Shown: one piece after another, positions 54,433 through 63,951 of the stretch
Layout: the number at the start of each line of letters is the position of its first letter
Position numbering within the stretch: position 1 is the first letter of the stretch
Assembly (NCBI GenBank): GCA_041690355.1
Contig: JAWLHK010000002.1
Span: 124,001-188,000 of the forward strand
Direction of reading: 5' to 3'
Length of the DNA stretch: 64,000 nt
From: a bacterium
GTDB lineage: Bacteria > J088 > JAWLBW01
The notes under the pieces: generated by a model
What the model saw: the letters and a program-made list of their open reading frames with translations, nothing else
The model's database searches: none
What the model was told of the DNA's origin: nothing
Made by a program: the position numbers and the translations under genes

Positions 54433-55719
54433 TTGCCTGCCGCGCCCGTACTTCTTCTGATCCTGCTTGCCGGGGCGGCTTGTTCGGGCCCTTCAGCAGA
54501 CCCGGCCGCCGAGGAACGCCGCGTGACGTACTACGATGACGTCGCGCCCATATTCGCGGACCGGTGCGTGTCCTGCCATCACGAGAATACCGTGGCGCCC
54601 ATGCCGCTGCGAACCTATGAGCACGCATTCGCCTACCGCAAGGCAATCGAGGCCGCCGTCGGCGAGCGCACCATGCCGCCGTGGTCGCCCGACAACGCCT
54701 GCCGTAATTACCGCGAGAACCGGTCGCTCACGGAGGAGCAGATTGCAACCGTACTCGCCTGGGTGCGGCAGGGAGCCCCCGCAGGAACACCGCCGGTAAG
54801 CCCCGCGCCCCTGACGTTTACGACGACCTCGCTCTCGCGGGTCGATCACACGGTTGTCGGCCCCGTCTACTCCATCGCCCCTCCCGCGGGAGAGCTGGAT
54901 GATCACCGCTGTTTCCTGGTCGATTGGCCCTACGAGAATACGCGCTACATCACGGGTGCCGAAATCCTCCCCGGCAATCTTGCGCTCGCCCACCATGTGG
55001 GCGTCATCGTGGCCGGACCCGACAAGGTCGCCGCAGCCGAGGCGCTCGACGCCGCCGACCCCGGCCCCGGCTGGCGCTGCGACGGGGGCGGCGGCGAGGT
55101 GGCATCGGGCATGATCAGCGCCTGGGCGCCGGGAATGCGCGGCCGTGATTTCCCCCCCGGGCACGGGGTCGCCATCGAACCCGGCTCGAAGATCGTACTC
55201 GACATGCACTACAACACGCTTTTCGCCGCCGGGGGCACGGATCAGACGCGGGTCAACTTCAAGCTCGAGAAAGCAGCGCGCCGCCTGTTTCCCATGCTGA
55301 TCCTCAGCCTCAACTGGCTGACGGGGGCCTTTCGGATTCAGCCCGGCGAGGAGCGGACTTTCGAATTCGAATACGATCCGACGATTCTCACGATGGGCCG
55401 GCGTTTCAAGATCCACAACGCCTATCTGCACATGCATCAGCTCGGCAGGAGTGGCAGGCTTCTGCTGCAGCGCTCGGACGGAACGGAGGAGTGTCTGCTC
55501 GATCTGCCGAGGTTCGACTTCAGCTGGCAATCGGAGTACTGGTTCGAAGAACCGGTGACCGTGTTCCCCGACGATCGCCTGTACATTCAGTGCACGATCG
55601 ATAATACGGCGGGCAACCAGCGGGTGGTGAACGGCGTGCGCGAAACGCCGCGCCTGGTCGAATGGGGCGGCGACTATCCCGACGAGATGTGCGCCGGGTT
55701 CTTCATCGCTTCCTGGTAG
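54433..55719 (+). CDS. Lipoprotein: c-type heme domain + copper type II (PHM/DBH-like) monooxygenase domain
   Basis: Lipobox-like GAAC, CVSCH, MPPW, AHHV, MHY, HMH, DEMC. Start uncertain (TTG 54433 assumed). Confidence 0.78.
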   Translation: MPAAPVLLLILLAGAACSGPSADPAAEERRVTYYDDVAPIFADRCVSCHHENTVAPMPLRTYEHAFAYRKAIEAAVGERTMPPWSPDNACRNYRENRSLTEEQIATVLAWVRQGAPAGTPPVSPAPLTFTTTSLSRVDHTVVGPVYSIAPPAGELDDHRCFLVDWPYENTRYITGAEILPGNLALAHHVGVIVAGPDKVAAAEALDAADPGPGWRCDGGGGEVASGMISAWAPGMRGRDFPPGHGVAIEPGSKIVLDMHYNTLFAAGGTDQTRVNFKLEKAARRLFPMLILSLNWLTGAFRIQPGEERTFEFEYDPTILTMGRRFKIHNAYLHMHQLGRSGRLLLQRSDGTEECLLDLPRFDFSWQSEYWFEEPVTVFPDDRLYIQCTIDNTAGNQRVVNGVRETPRLVEWGGDYPDEMCAGFFIASW

Positions 55720-55726
55720 CGCCCGT

Positions 55727-56794
55727 TCAGGATCGCATACCGGACGCAAACATCAGCATCGCGGGGGGAATCGCCTCCAGCGAGAGCACCCGCATGGCGG
55801 CCCCGCGCTTGATGGCTTCCTTGGGCATGCCGAAAACGACCGAAGTCGCTTCGTCCTGCGCGATGGTGCCCGCCCCCGCATGCCGCATGGCCAGGAGCCC
55901 GCTGGCGCCGTCGTCTCCCATGCCGGTCAGCAGTACCCCGGTCGCATTGGGGCCGGCCGCAGCCGCGACCGAATCGAAGAGGACATCTACGCTCGGCTTG
56001 TGCCGGTTCACCGGAGGGCCGTCGTCGAGAAGGGCGATGTACTGACCGCCGCTGCGTCCCACGCGCAGGTGGCGATCGCCGGGGGCGATGAGGGCACGCC
56101 CCTCGCGTATCCGATCTCCCGCGGCTGCTTCTCTGACCTCGATGGCGCAGAGCTCGTTCATGCGTTGCGCGAACGACCGCGTAAACCCGGGGGGCATGTG
56201 CTGCACGATGACGATGCCGGGTGCATCGGGGGGCATGGCCGTGAGCAGCACCCGGATGGCCTCGGTGCCGCCCGTCGACGCCCCGACTGCAATGACCCGG
56301 TCGGTCGTGCGCCGGAGCAGCGGCGGCGCCTGAACCGGCCGTCTGGCCTGCGGCGCCGGGCGTGCGGGCCGTCGCGAGACGTGGGCGCCGGCGGCCGCGC
56401 TCAGGGTATCGATGAGTTCGCGGGCGTTCTCCGAAAGAAAATCCTTGAGGCCGATGCGGGGTTTTTCGACGATGGCGAGGGCCCCGAGCTCCAAAGCGCG
56501 TATGGCATTCTCACTTCCCGCCGGTGCGAGACTCGAGCAGATCACGACCGGTATCGGGTCGCGCGCAAGCATCCGCTGCAGAAAGGTGAGACCGTCCATG
56601 CGCGGCATTTCGAGGTCGAGAAGAATCGCGTCGGGCCGGCGCACCGCAATCTTGCGTTCGGCGATCAGCGGATCGGAGGCGACGTCGATCGTGAGAGCGC
56701 CCGACACGTTGCCGATCTGCAGCACGGTCTGCCGGATGACGGCCGAGTCGTCGACGACGAGCACATGCGGCTTCCGGCCGGGCGGGAGGCTCAT
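55727..56794 (-). CDS. cheB: Chemotaxis response regulator protein-glutamate methylesterase
   Basis: REC domain; GASTGG, VQHMP, LTGMGDDG. Confidence 0.95.
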   Translation of the reverse strand: MSLPPGRKPHVLVVDDSAVIRQTVLQIGNVSGALTIDVASDPLIAERKIAVRRPDAILLDLEMPRMDGLTFLQRMLARDPIPVVICSSLAPAGSENAIRALELGALAIVEKPRIGLKDFLSENARELIDTLSAAAGAHVSRRPARPAPQARRPVQAPPLLRRTTDRVIAVGASTGGTEAIRVLLTAMPPDAPGIVIVQHMPPGFTRSFAQRMNELCAIEVREAAAGDRIREGRALIAPGDRHLRVGRSGGQYIALLDDGPPVNRHKPSVDVLFDSVAAAAGPNATGVLLTGMGDDGASGLLAMRHAGAGTIAQDEATSVVFGMPKEAIKRGAAMRVLSLEAIPPAMLMFASGMRS

Positions 56795-57654
56795 GGGATC
56801 GGTGAGCGCAGGCGGTAGACGGTCGGGGTAATCACCTGCAGGCTGTCGGTCAGCCCGGTGAGGCTTTCGGCGTGACCGACGAACAGATAGCCGTCGGGCC
56901 GCAGGTGGCGGACCAGCGCGTCGACAACCTTGCGTTTCATCTCACGATCGAAATAGATCATGACATTCCGGCAGAAGATGAGGTCAAAGGGACCCTCGAC
57001 GTCGTAAGGGGGCTCTTTCAGGTTGAGCGGACGGATGGTCACCATGTCGCGCAGATGACGTCCGGCCTTCATCTGCCCGGTCTGGGTCCCTTCACCCCGC
57101 AGCATGTGGCGGCGAAGGAGGCAGGGAGGGATCTCGTCGGCTCGCGCCATGGGCCATTGAGCCGCGCGCGCCCGTTCGAGGACGCGGGTCGAGATGTCGG
57201 TGCCCAGGATGCGGACGTCCCAGCCCTCGTCGCGCGGCAGGGCTTCGCTTGCGGCCATGGCGAGGGTATACGGTTCTTCGCCCGTCGAACAGGCGGCGCT
57301 CCACGCCCGCACGGTGCGCGGCGGCCCGCCGCGCAGGGCCGGGAAAACGTGCTGCTCCAGAAACGCCCAGTGCCCCTCTTCGCGAAAGAAGTGGGTCTCG
57401 TTCGTCGTCATGGCGTCGACGAACAGCTGCCGCTCTACCCGGGCGGCATCGTCGCCCGCCGTCAGCTTCTGATAGTACTCGCCGAACGTGCGCAGGTTGA
57501 GCAGCCGCAGGCGGCGGCTCAGGCGGCCGAGCATGAGGGCGCGCTTGGCATCCGAAAGATGAATGCCCGCCAGCTCGTAAAGCAGGCGGCGCAGGCGATC
57601 GAAATCTCCGTCCTCCAGGGCCCCGTCCGCCCGCATGTTCAAGGCGTGCGCCAT
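56791..57654 (-). CDS. cheR: Chemotaxis methyltransferase
   Basis: TTNETHFFRE, WSAACSTGEEPY, FCRNVMIYF, GHAES. Confidence 0.95.
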   Translation of the reverse strand: MAHALNMRADGALEDGDFDRLRRLLYELAGIHLSDAKRALMLGRLSRRLRLLNLRTFGEYYQKLTAGDDAARVERQLFVDAMTTNETHFFREEGHWAFLEQHVFPALRGGPPRTVRAWSAACSTGEEPYTLAMAASEALPRDEGWDVRILGTDISTRVLERARAAQWPMARADEIPPCLLRRHMLRGEGTQTGQMKAGRHLRDMVTIRPLNLKEPPYDVEGPFDLIFCRNVMIYFDREMKRKVVDALVRHLRPDGYLFVGHAESLTGLTDSLQVITPTVYRLRSPIP

Positions 57655-57661
57655 GGGGTCC

Positions 57662-58174
57662 CTACTCCTCCTCATCCGGAGACTCGGCCTGGGCCACACC
57701 TTCGCGAAGGGCCATCAGCTCGCGCAGCGAGAGCACGCGATCGATGTCGAGAAGGAGAACGAAGTGGCTGTCCTGCTTTCCCATGCCGAGCAGATAATCG
57801 AGCCGGCCGTCGAGCCCGAGATCCGGCGGGGGCTCCAGATCGTTATCGGTCAGGTCGACCACCTGACTTACGGCATCGGCCATGATGCCGAGTACGTTCG
57901 TCCCCCCTTCCTGAGAGACCTCGACGACGACGATGCACGTCCAGCGGGTCACGGGTGCCGAGGCGAGATTGAAGCGGCGGGCCAGGTCGACCACGGGTAC
58001 CACGTTGCCGCGCAGGTTGATGATCCCCCGCACGACTTCGGGCATGTTCGGGATGCGGGTCACCGAGGTGTACTCGATGATCTCGCGGACCTTCAGGATC
58101 GGAATCCCGTACTCGTCTTCGGCGACCCTGAAGGTCAGATACTGGCCCTCGCGGGCGAGCAGTTCGGTATGCAT
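57662..58174 (-). CDS. cheW: Chemotaxis coupling protein
   Basis: QYLTF, VREII, GIINLRGNVVPVVDL. Confidence 0.95.
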   Translation of the reverse strand: MHTELLAREGQYLTFRVAEDEYGIPILKVREIIEYTSVTRIPNMPEVVRGIINLRGNVVPVVDLARRFNLASAPVTRWTCIVVVEVSQEGGTNVLGIMADAVSQVVDLTDNDLEPPPDLGLDGRLDYLLGMGKQDSHFVLLLDIDRVLSLRELMALREGVAQAESPDEEE

Positions 58175-58184
58175 GGCGGCCTCC

Positions 58185-59825
58185 TCAGAAGGGACGGAAT
58201 TCGCCTTCGCCGGTCGCGTGATTGCCCGCGGCGTTCATGCTCGGCTTCACGTAGGCCTGCCGGGACGCAGGTTCAGCATGCATGCCCATCTGTACCCCAT
58301 GCCCGCGGCTTTCGCGGCGGATACGATTCTCGGCCAGGCGGAAGTAGTCCATGACCTGCAGCAGGGCTTCGGACTGCGCCGCGAGCTCTTCGGACGTCGA
58401 GGCGAGCTCTTCGGCCGCCGAAGCGTTGCGTTGCGTGACCTGGTCGACCTGCATCATCGCCTTGCTCATCTGCGAGACATTGGACGCCTGCTCGTTGGAG
58501 GCCGCAGAGACTTCCTGCACGAGTTCGGCCGTCTTGCGGATATCGGGGACAAGCTCGAGCAGCAGCTTGCCGGAGCGCTCGGCCACGGCGACACTGGTAT
58601 CGGCCAGCGAGCCGATTTCCTTGGCCGCCCCCTGGCTGCGCTCGGCCAGCTTGCGCACCTCGGTGGCGACGACCGCGAATCCCTTGCCGTGCTCGCCTGC
58701 CCGGGCAGCTTCGATGGCGGCATTGAGGGCAAGGAGATTCGTCTGATAGGCGATTTCCTCAATGATGGAGATCTTCTGGGCGATCGACTTCATGGCGCCG
58801 ACGGTCTCGGCGACCGCGCGTCCGCCCTCGTCGGCATCGGCGGCGCCCTTGCGGGCCATCTGTTCGGTCTGCCGGCTGTTCTCGGCGTTCTGGGTGATCG
58901 ACGCGTTCATCTCTTCGAGGCTCGAAGTGGTCTCCTCGACGCTGGCCGCCTGCTCGCTCGTTCCCTGTGAGAGGGTCTGTGAGGCGGCCGAAACCTGATT
59001 CGAAGCCGACGTGAGCGCTTCTGCGCCATCGCGCACTTCACGGATGATCTGCGCGAGCTTGTCTGACATCTCCTTCATCGCCCGCAGAAGGGCCGTGGTT
59101 TCATCATTGCCCGTAGCCTCAATGCGGCTGGTGAGGTCACCGGCGGCAAGTCGGTTAGACAGCTCAACGGCCTTGGCGAGCGGGTGCGTTACGCTGCGAA
59201 CGATCAGAATACCGATAAGCAGTGCAAGGAGAATACTGAATGCGGTTACGCCGAGCACAATCGAGCGCGCCGTTTCGTTGACCCATATCCCGTACTCGTA
59301 TTCCTCCTGGGCGACGCGAAGCTGCAGCTCGGTCAGCTCGTCGAGTGTCTCGTGCAGCGGCTCGATACCCGGAAACAGCCGATCGCGTACAAGGCTCAAA
59401 AGCCCGTCGCGGTCCTGGCGGCGCAACACATCGCGGGCTTCATCCATCACCGCCTCGGCCATCTCGAGATGGGCGGTTCCCTTGGAGGCAAGGGTGCGCT
59501 CCTCGGTGGTCATTTTTGTGCCGAGAAAGCGGTTCCAATGATCACGCGCAGACCGACGCGACGCATCGATTCGCTGCAAGCCCTCATGCCAGCTCAGGCG
59601 TTCGAATACGACCAGAATGACGGCGTCGACGGCCTCGACCGTGACCAGCTCCGAAGTCTCCTTGATGTCGCGCAGAGGGATTACCCGATCGAGGTAGACC
59701 GTCTCTAACCGCTCCTTCATTTGCGAGAGGCCGCGGAGGCCGATCGTGCCGATGATGGCGAGAACCAGGGTGAGAAAGCCGAGGAGCGCGAAGAGCCGCG
59801 TTCCGATTTTGAAATTGGAGAGCAT
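58185..59825 (-). CDS. Methyl-accepting chemotaxis protein (4HB sensor, HAMP, C-terminal pentapeptide EFRPF)
   Basis: Two TMs, [30 protein letters not shown], terminal xFxxF. Confidence 0.95.
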   Translation of the reverse strand: MLSNFKIGTRLFALLGFLTLVLAIIGTIGLRGLSQMKERLETVYLDRVIPLRDIKETSELVTVEAVDAVILVVFERLSWHEGLQRIDASRRSARDHWNRFLGTKMTTEERTLASKGTAHLEMAEAVMDEARDVLRRQDRDGLLSLVRDRLFPGIEPLHETLDELTELQLRVAQEEYEYGIWVNETARSIVLGVTAFSILLALLIGILIVRSVTHPLAKAVELSNRLAAGDLTSRIEATGNDETTALLRAMKEMSDKLAQIIREVRDGAEALTSASNQVSAASQTLSQGTSEQAASVEETTSSLEEMNASITQNAENSRQTEQMARKGAADADEGGRAVAETVGAMKSIAQKISIIEEIAYQTNLLALNAAIEAARAGEHGKGFAVVATEVRKLAERSQGAAKEIGSLADTSVAVAERSGKLLLELVPDIRKTAELVQEVSAASNEQASNVSQMSKAMMQVDQVTQRNASAAEELASTSEELAAQSEALLQVMDYFRLAENRIRRESRGHGVQMGMHAEPASRQAYVKPSMNAAGNHATGEGEFRPF

Positions 59826-59843
59826 GGGGATGATTCCTTCAGC

Positions 59844-61496
59844 TTAGAGGGCAGATAGCGGGGCCCCGTCCGGCTCGTCGGAGGCGGGCAGGGTGTGAAG
59901 AATTTTCTGGACGATGGAGGGCAGGTCGAGCAGAAGGGCGACACGGCCGTCACCCAGAATCGAGGTGCCCGCGAGGCCGGGCACTCCTTCCATGACCCGG
60001 TTCAGCGGTTTGACGATCGCCTGCACTTCACCGTGCAGGTGGTCGACGACGAATCCCAGGCGGCGGTCGCCGACCTGAACGACAACGACGTTCTCGCGCC
60101 GCTCATGTTGCGAGGCGTTGCCCAGAAAAGCGCCGAGGCGGACAAAGGGCAGCGATGCGCCGCGCCGATTGATCAGGCCGGTGAGACCGTCGTCCATGCG
60201 TTCTGCGGGCAGGTCGAAGCACTCCAGCAAGTGGGTCATGGGCAGGATGTATCGTTCATCGGCTACGCCGACGACGAACCCGTCGAGAATCGCGAGTGTG
60301 AGCGGGAGCCGGAGGGTGAACCGGGTGCCGGCGCCGGGATCGCTGTCGATGCGGATTCTCCCGCGCAGCCCCTCGACGTTGCGCCGGACGACGTCCATGC
60401 CGACCCCGCGGCCCGAAATTGCCGAAACTTCCGGCGAAGTCGAGAAGCCGGGTTCGAAGATGAGGGCGTGAATCTCATCGGGCCGCAGGTGGGCGCTCTC
60501 GGTAATCAGGCCCCGCTCGCGCCCGCGGGCGAGAATGCGCTCGGTATCCAGTCCGGCGCCGTCATCGGCGATCTCGAAGACGATTTCTCCCGTTTCGTGA
60601 CGGGCCGCAAGGCGAATCGTTCCCGTCGCCGGCTTGCCCCTGGCCGAGCGTACCTCAGGCCGTTCGATCCCATGATCCACCGCATTGCGAATCATGTGGG
60701 TGAGCGGATCCCGGAGGCTACCCACGACCGAGACATCGGCCTCGACGTCTTCGCCCTCGATGACGAGGTCCACCTCTTTTCCGGTCTGTGCGGCCAGGTC
60801 GCGCACGGCGCGGCGAAAGGAGAGCAGGAAGGCCCCCACGGGAACCATGCGGATGCGCATGACCTCCTCCTGAAGCTGGCGCTGCAGGGTAAGGGTCTGC
60901 TGGCGCGCCTCGAAGATCTCGTCGTGAACGCGCTCGTCGGCGGCTTCGAGCCGCTGGTGGAGGGCCGCCGTCGACGCCGTGAGTTCGGTGACGAGATCAA
61001 GTAGTGCGTCGAGGCGGCGGGCCTCTATCCGGATGGTTGAAATCTGCTCTCCCGATGCCGCCGCGGCCCTGGCGACCGGCTGATGGTCGGATCCGCCCGC
61101 ATCATTGAGTAGTGCACGGGCCGTCGCGGCCAGCCAGTCGATCGATTCGAGAATCGGCTCGATGTCACCTTCGGCGGGCGGGGTCCGGGGAACGGCCTTG
61201 CGGAGGCGATCGACGGCCTCCAGCAGCAGACCGACGTGCTGGCTGGTTACCGGCTCGGCCCCCTGCTGAAGCACCCCGACCAGGTCTTCGAGCGCATGGG
61301 TGAAGCGGGCCGTGTGAACGAGCCCGAATACCGATACGTTTCCCTTCAGGTTGTGCAGGCAGCGCTGGATTTCGCGGAAATGCCCTTTCGGGTCTGCCGC
61401 ATTCTCAAGCGCGAGCAGTTCGGTTTCGATGGCGGCGAGGTTCTCGGCGGTTTCGCCGACGAATTCGCGGAATACTGCGTGAAGCGGATCGTTCAT
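59844..61496 (-). CDS. cheA: Chemotaxis histidine kinase (no P2 domain)
   Basis: HPt LHNLKG, HMIRNAVDHGIE, DDGAG, GFST, SGRGVGMDVV, C-terminal CheW domain; 550 aa. Confidence 0.95.
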   Translation of the reverse strand: MNDPLHAVFREFVGETAENLAAIETELLALENAADPKGHFREIQRCLHNLKGNVSVFGLVHTARFTHALEDLVGVLQQGAEPVTSQHVGLLLEAVDRLRKAVPRTPPAEGDIEPILESIDWLAATARALLNDAGGSDHQPVARAAAASGEQISTIRIEARRLDALLDLVTELTASTAALHQRLEAADERVHDEIFEARQQTLTLQRQLQEEVMRIRMVPVGAFLLSFRRAVRDLAAQTGKEVDLVIEGEDVEADVSVVGSLRDPLTHMIRNAVDHGIERPEVRSARGKPATGTIRLAARHETGEIVFEIADDGAGLDTERILARGRERGLITESAHLRPDEIHALIFEPGFSTSPEVSAISGRGVGMDVVRRNVEGLRGRIRIDSDPGAGTRFTLRLPLTLAILDGFVVGVADERYILPMTHLLECFDLPAERMDDGLTGLINRRGASLPFVRLGAFLGNASQHERRENVVVVQVGDRRLGFVVDHLHGEVQAIVKPLNRVMEGVPGLAGTSILGDGRVALLLDLPSIVQKILHTLPASDEPDGAPLSAL

Positions 61497-61521
61497 AGTC
61501 GCCTTGTCGTTGCTGCGCGGG

Positions 61522-62256
61522 TCAGATTCGGGTCACGCTGGTCGACCCGCGGGTGAGGTCGAAAACGAGACGGCGGCCCCATTTGCCGCCGACATCCCGC
61601 TCGACAATCGGGATACCCGCCTGTTCGAGAAGCTCCGTTGCGATGCGCACGTTGAGGGCCCCGGTCTGAAAGTGATCGGACATGAAGCCGATGACGCTCG
61701 CGCCGCCGAAGAGCTTGGCGCGTGGCGTTCTGCCTCCGGCCTGGCGGAACCGTGCTATCGTTTCGGGGATGGCATGGCTGCCGTAGTTCGCCGTCCGCTC
61801 GTTCTGCGAGCTGGGGAGCAGGTAATGATTGATGGCCCCGATGCGCCGATCGGCATCCCAGAGACAGACCGAGACGCAGGAGCCGAGCACGGTGCGCACG
61901 ACGACCTCACCCTTGCCGGCGTAGATCTGCCCGGCATGCAGGGCGACCTCGGGGGGCACGGCCGGCAGGCGCGCGGCGAACTCCTGGTCGACAATCTGCT
62001 CGAGCCGTTGCAGCGCCGACCGAAACCGTTCCTGATCGCGCGCGAGCAGGGCCGCCTCTGTGGCGCCGACGGCCGCAGAAACGCTCTGTGCGTAAATCGA
62101 GTCGGCCGTCCCGCGCAGACAGGACAGCTGCCGACGCATGCGTTCGGCACTCTCCGAATGACGAAGACGCCCGGCCGCGAGCCGGAGGTCGAGAACCGTC
62201 TCGCGGATCTCGGCCTCGAACATGGCCAGGGCATCCTGCGGGACGGATGCGATCAT
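61522..62256 (-). CDS. cheD: Chemoreceptor glutamine deamidase with N-terminal HPt-like extension
   Basis: TVLGSCVSVCLWD, NHYLLP, AKLFGGA, DVGGKWGR. Confidence 0.88.
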   Translation of the reverse strand: MIASVPQDALAMFEAEIRETVLDLRLAAGRLRHSESAERMRRQLSCLRGTADSIYAQSVSAAVGATEAALLARDQERFRSALQRLEQIVDQEFAARLPAVPPEVALHAGQIYAGKGEVVVRTVLGSCVSVCLWDADRRIGAINHYLLPSSQNERTANYGSHAIPETIARFRQAGGRTPRAKLFGGASVIGFMSDHFQTGALNVRIATELLEQAGIPIVERDVGGKWGRRLVFDLTRGSTSVTRI

Positions 62257-62678
62257 ATGGCCATCCCCGAGAGGACGTTGCGGGCAACGGACACGGCGTG
62301 GTCCCGGTCGGCCTTGGCGACAAGATGAAGCCGCGCGTGGTCGACCCCCTCGACATCGGCTCGCTCACCCGTCTTGACCATCGAGCTTACGACCATGACC
62401 GGAAGCTTCGTGTCGAGCGCATGCGCGCGGGCGGCCAGCTTCCAGCCGTCGAGGCCGGGCATGTCGATGTCGGTAATGAGCAGGTCAAAGCGGATCGCCT
62501 TGAGCAACTGCAGCGCCTGTTGACCGTCACGGGCCGTGACGATGCGCAGACCGGCTGTATCTGCGTGCAGAGCCTGCGCAATCTCTTCCGGGGTATCGCC
62601 CTTGATCGGCGCGGCGCCAAGGGCGTACATCCACAGCGCGCGCTGGGTAGGGCTGTCGTCGACAATGAGAATTACCAT
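62253..62678 (-). CDS. Single-domain response regulator (CheY-like) with an insertion
   Basis: IVDDS, ITDIDMPGLDG, VVSS, VAK; ATG 62678. Confidence 0.85.
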   Translation of the reverse strand: MVILIVDDSPTQRALWMYALGAAPIKGDTPEEIAQALHADTAGLRIVTARDGQQALQLLKAIRFDLLITDIDMPGLDGWKLAARAHALDTKLPVMVVSSMVKTGERADVEGVDHARLHLVAKADRDHAVSVARNVLSGMAI

Positions 62679-63442
62679 GTTTGACTCCCAGGGGTTGAGA
62701 AGTGAGTCTGAAGCTCTTCTGGATGGACCGGAGGCTGAAAGACGAATCCCTGCACGAAGCGGAAACCAAGACGGGCCGCCGCGTCCAGATCCGCGGGCGT
62801 CTCGATCCCCTCGGCATAGACGTCCACGCCGAGGCGCTCGCCGAGGGCAAGCAGCATTTCGGCCATGGCCTGCCGGCGCGGTGAGCGGGCCAGGTCGATG
62901 AGCAGGGGCCGGCCGATTTTCAGAATGTCGAAGGGACCGTCGACGACGACGTCGAGGTTGGCCGACCCGCACCCGACATCGTCGAGGGCGATGCGGAAGC
63001 CGCTTGCCTGGAGGGATTCGAGGCGGCGGAAAAAGCGGCGGTCCCGGGAAGGCAGCGCATTCTCGATGATCTCGAACACGACGTTGGCGCGCGGGATCCC
63101 GAATGCGTCGCAGACGGCTTCGGCGAGGACAACGAAGTCGTCGTCGAACGTCAGGGTCCACCCATGCAGGTTGACCATGACCGGCCGCGGCTCGGCGATG
63201 CGCCGGCTCGACTCGAGGGCGGCGGTGATGCAGAGCCGGTCGATGCCCGCGATGCGGTGTTTTCTGCGCACGTACTCGAACAGGATGTCCGGCTTCTCGA
63301 GATTCGTATCGCGCGGGCCCCTTGTGAGCGCCTCGTAGGCCACGGCGCTCCAGCCCTGCTCGTCGAGTCGGCACACGGGTTGGAACCGGGTCGAGACGGC
63401 GTTGGGCCGGTAGAGCTGCTCGAGCAGATCGTTCTCAGGCAC
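62672..63442 (-). CDS. Stand-alone EAL-domain c-di-GMP phosphodiesterase
   Basis: FQP, YEALTR, VNL, FEIIE, ALDDVGCG, LKI, AEGIET, QGF; GTG start. Confidence 0.9.
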   Translation of the reverse strand: MPENDLLEQLYRPNAVSTRFQPVCRLDEQGWSAVAYEALTRGPRDTNLEKPDILFEYVRRKHRIAGIDRLCITAALESSRRIAEPRPVMVNLHGWTLTFDDDFVVLAEAVCDAFGIPRANVVFEIIENALPSRDRRFFRRLESLQASGFRIALDDVGCGSANLDVVVDGPFDILKIGRPLLIDLARSPRRQAMAEMLLALGERLGVDVYAEGIETPADLDAAARLGFRFVQGFVFQPPVHPEELQTHFSTPGSQTW

Positions 63443-63821
63443 GTGCGCCGCCCTCGAGCATGGAATGAATCTGATCGGCCAGAAAATCGAGCGGCTGGGG
63501 CTTGGCCAGGAGGAGGTTCACCCCCATGTTTCTGGCCTCGGCCATGACGGGCGCGGTGCCGAAGGCGGTCAGCAGAATGACGGGAAGTGTCGGCGCCTTG
63601 TGCCGCGCAAGCTTGATGACTTCGAGCCCCTCGGCCCCCTGGACGCCCGTCAGGCGCAGGTCGGCAATCAGCAGATCGAAGTCTTCATGCAGGATGAGGG
63701 CCGCCGCTTCTTCTTCTTCGCGGGCGCACCAGGTGCGATAGCCCCGTTTCTGGAGATACCGGCTGAGGGCGAAGAGAATCGCCTGTTCGTCGTCGACGAT
63801 GAGAATGCGGGGTTGCGTCAT
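63435..63821 (-). CDS. Single-domain response regulator
   Basis: IVDDE, IADLRL, LLTAFG, AKP; ATG 63821. Confidence 0.9.
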   Translation of the reverse strand: MTQPRILIVDDEQAILFALSRYLQKRGYRTWCAREEEEAAALILHEDFDLLIADLRLTGVQGAEGLEVIKLARHKAPTLPVILLTAFGTAPVMAEARNMGVNLLLAKPQPLDFLADQIHSMLEGGARA

Positions 63822-63836
63822 GGCGAGCGGCCATGC

Positions 63837-63853
63837 AGCGAAAGGCGTGCCAG
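63837..63853 (-). promoter_or_regulatory. Putative sigma54 (-24/-12) promoter
   Basis: Minus strand CTGGCACG-CCTT-TCGCT: GG-N10-GC spacing, one mismatch to TGGCACGNNNNTTGCW. Confidence 0.6.
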
Positions 63854-63902
63854 CCTGCGCTCCGGGGAGAAAAGGGGCTTTCTCCCGGCGTTTTTCCACA
63901 AT

Positions 63903-63934
63903 TCGGATTCCAGATTCTAAAATCTGGAATCCGA
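63903..63934. repeat. Perfect 14-bp inverted repeat (enhancer site or terminator hairpin)
   Basis: TCGGATTCCAGATT-CTAA-AATCTGGAATCCGA. Confidence 0.8.
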
Positions 63935-63951
63935 GCGGCGCGTGGGGCGGC

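Noticed and set aside
58185-61496. Slightly more A/T-ending codons in MCP/cheA, suggesting horizontal transfer
   Set aside because: Impression only and not quantified; no integrase, IS or flanking repeats seen.
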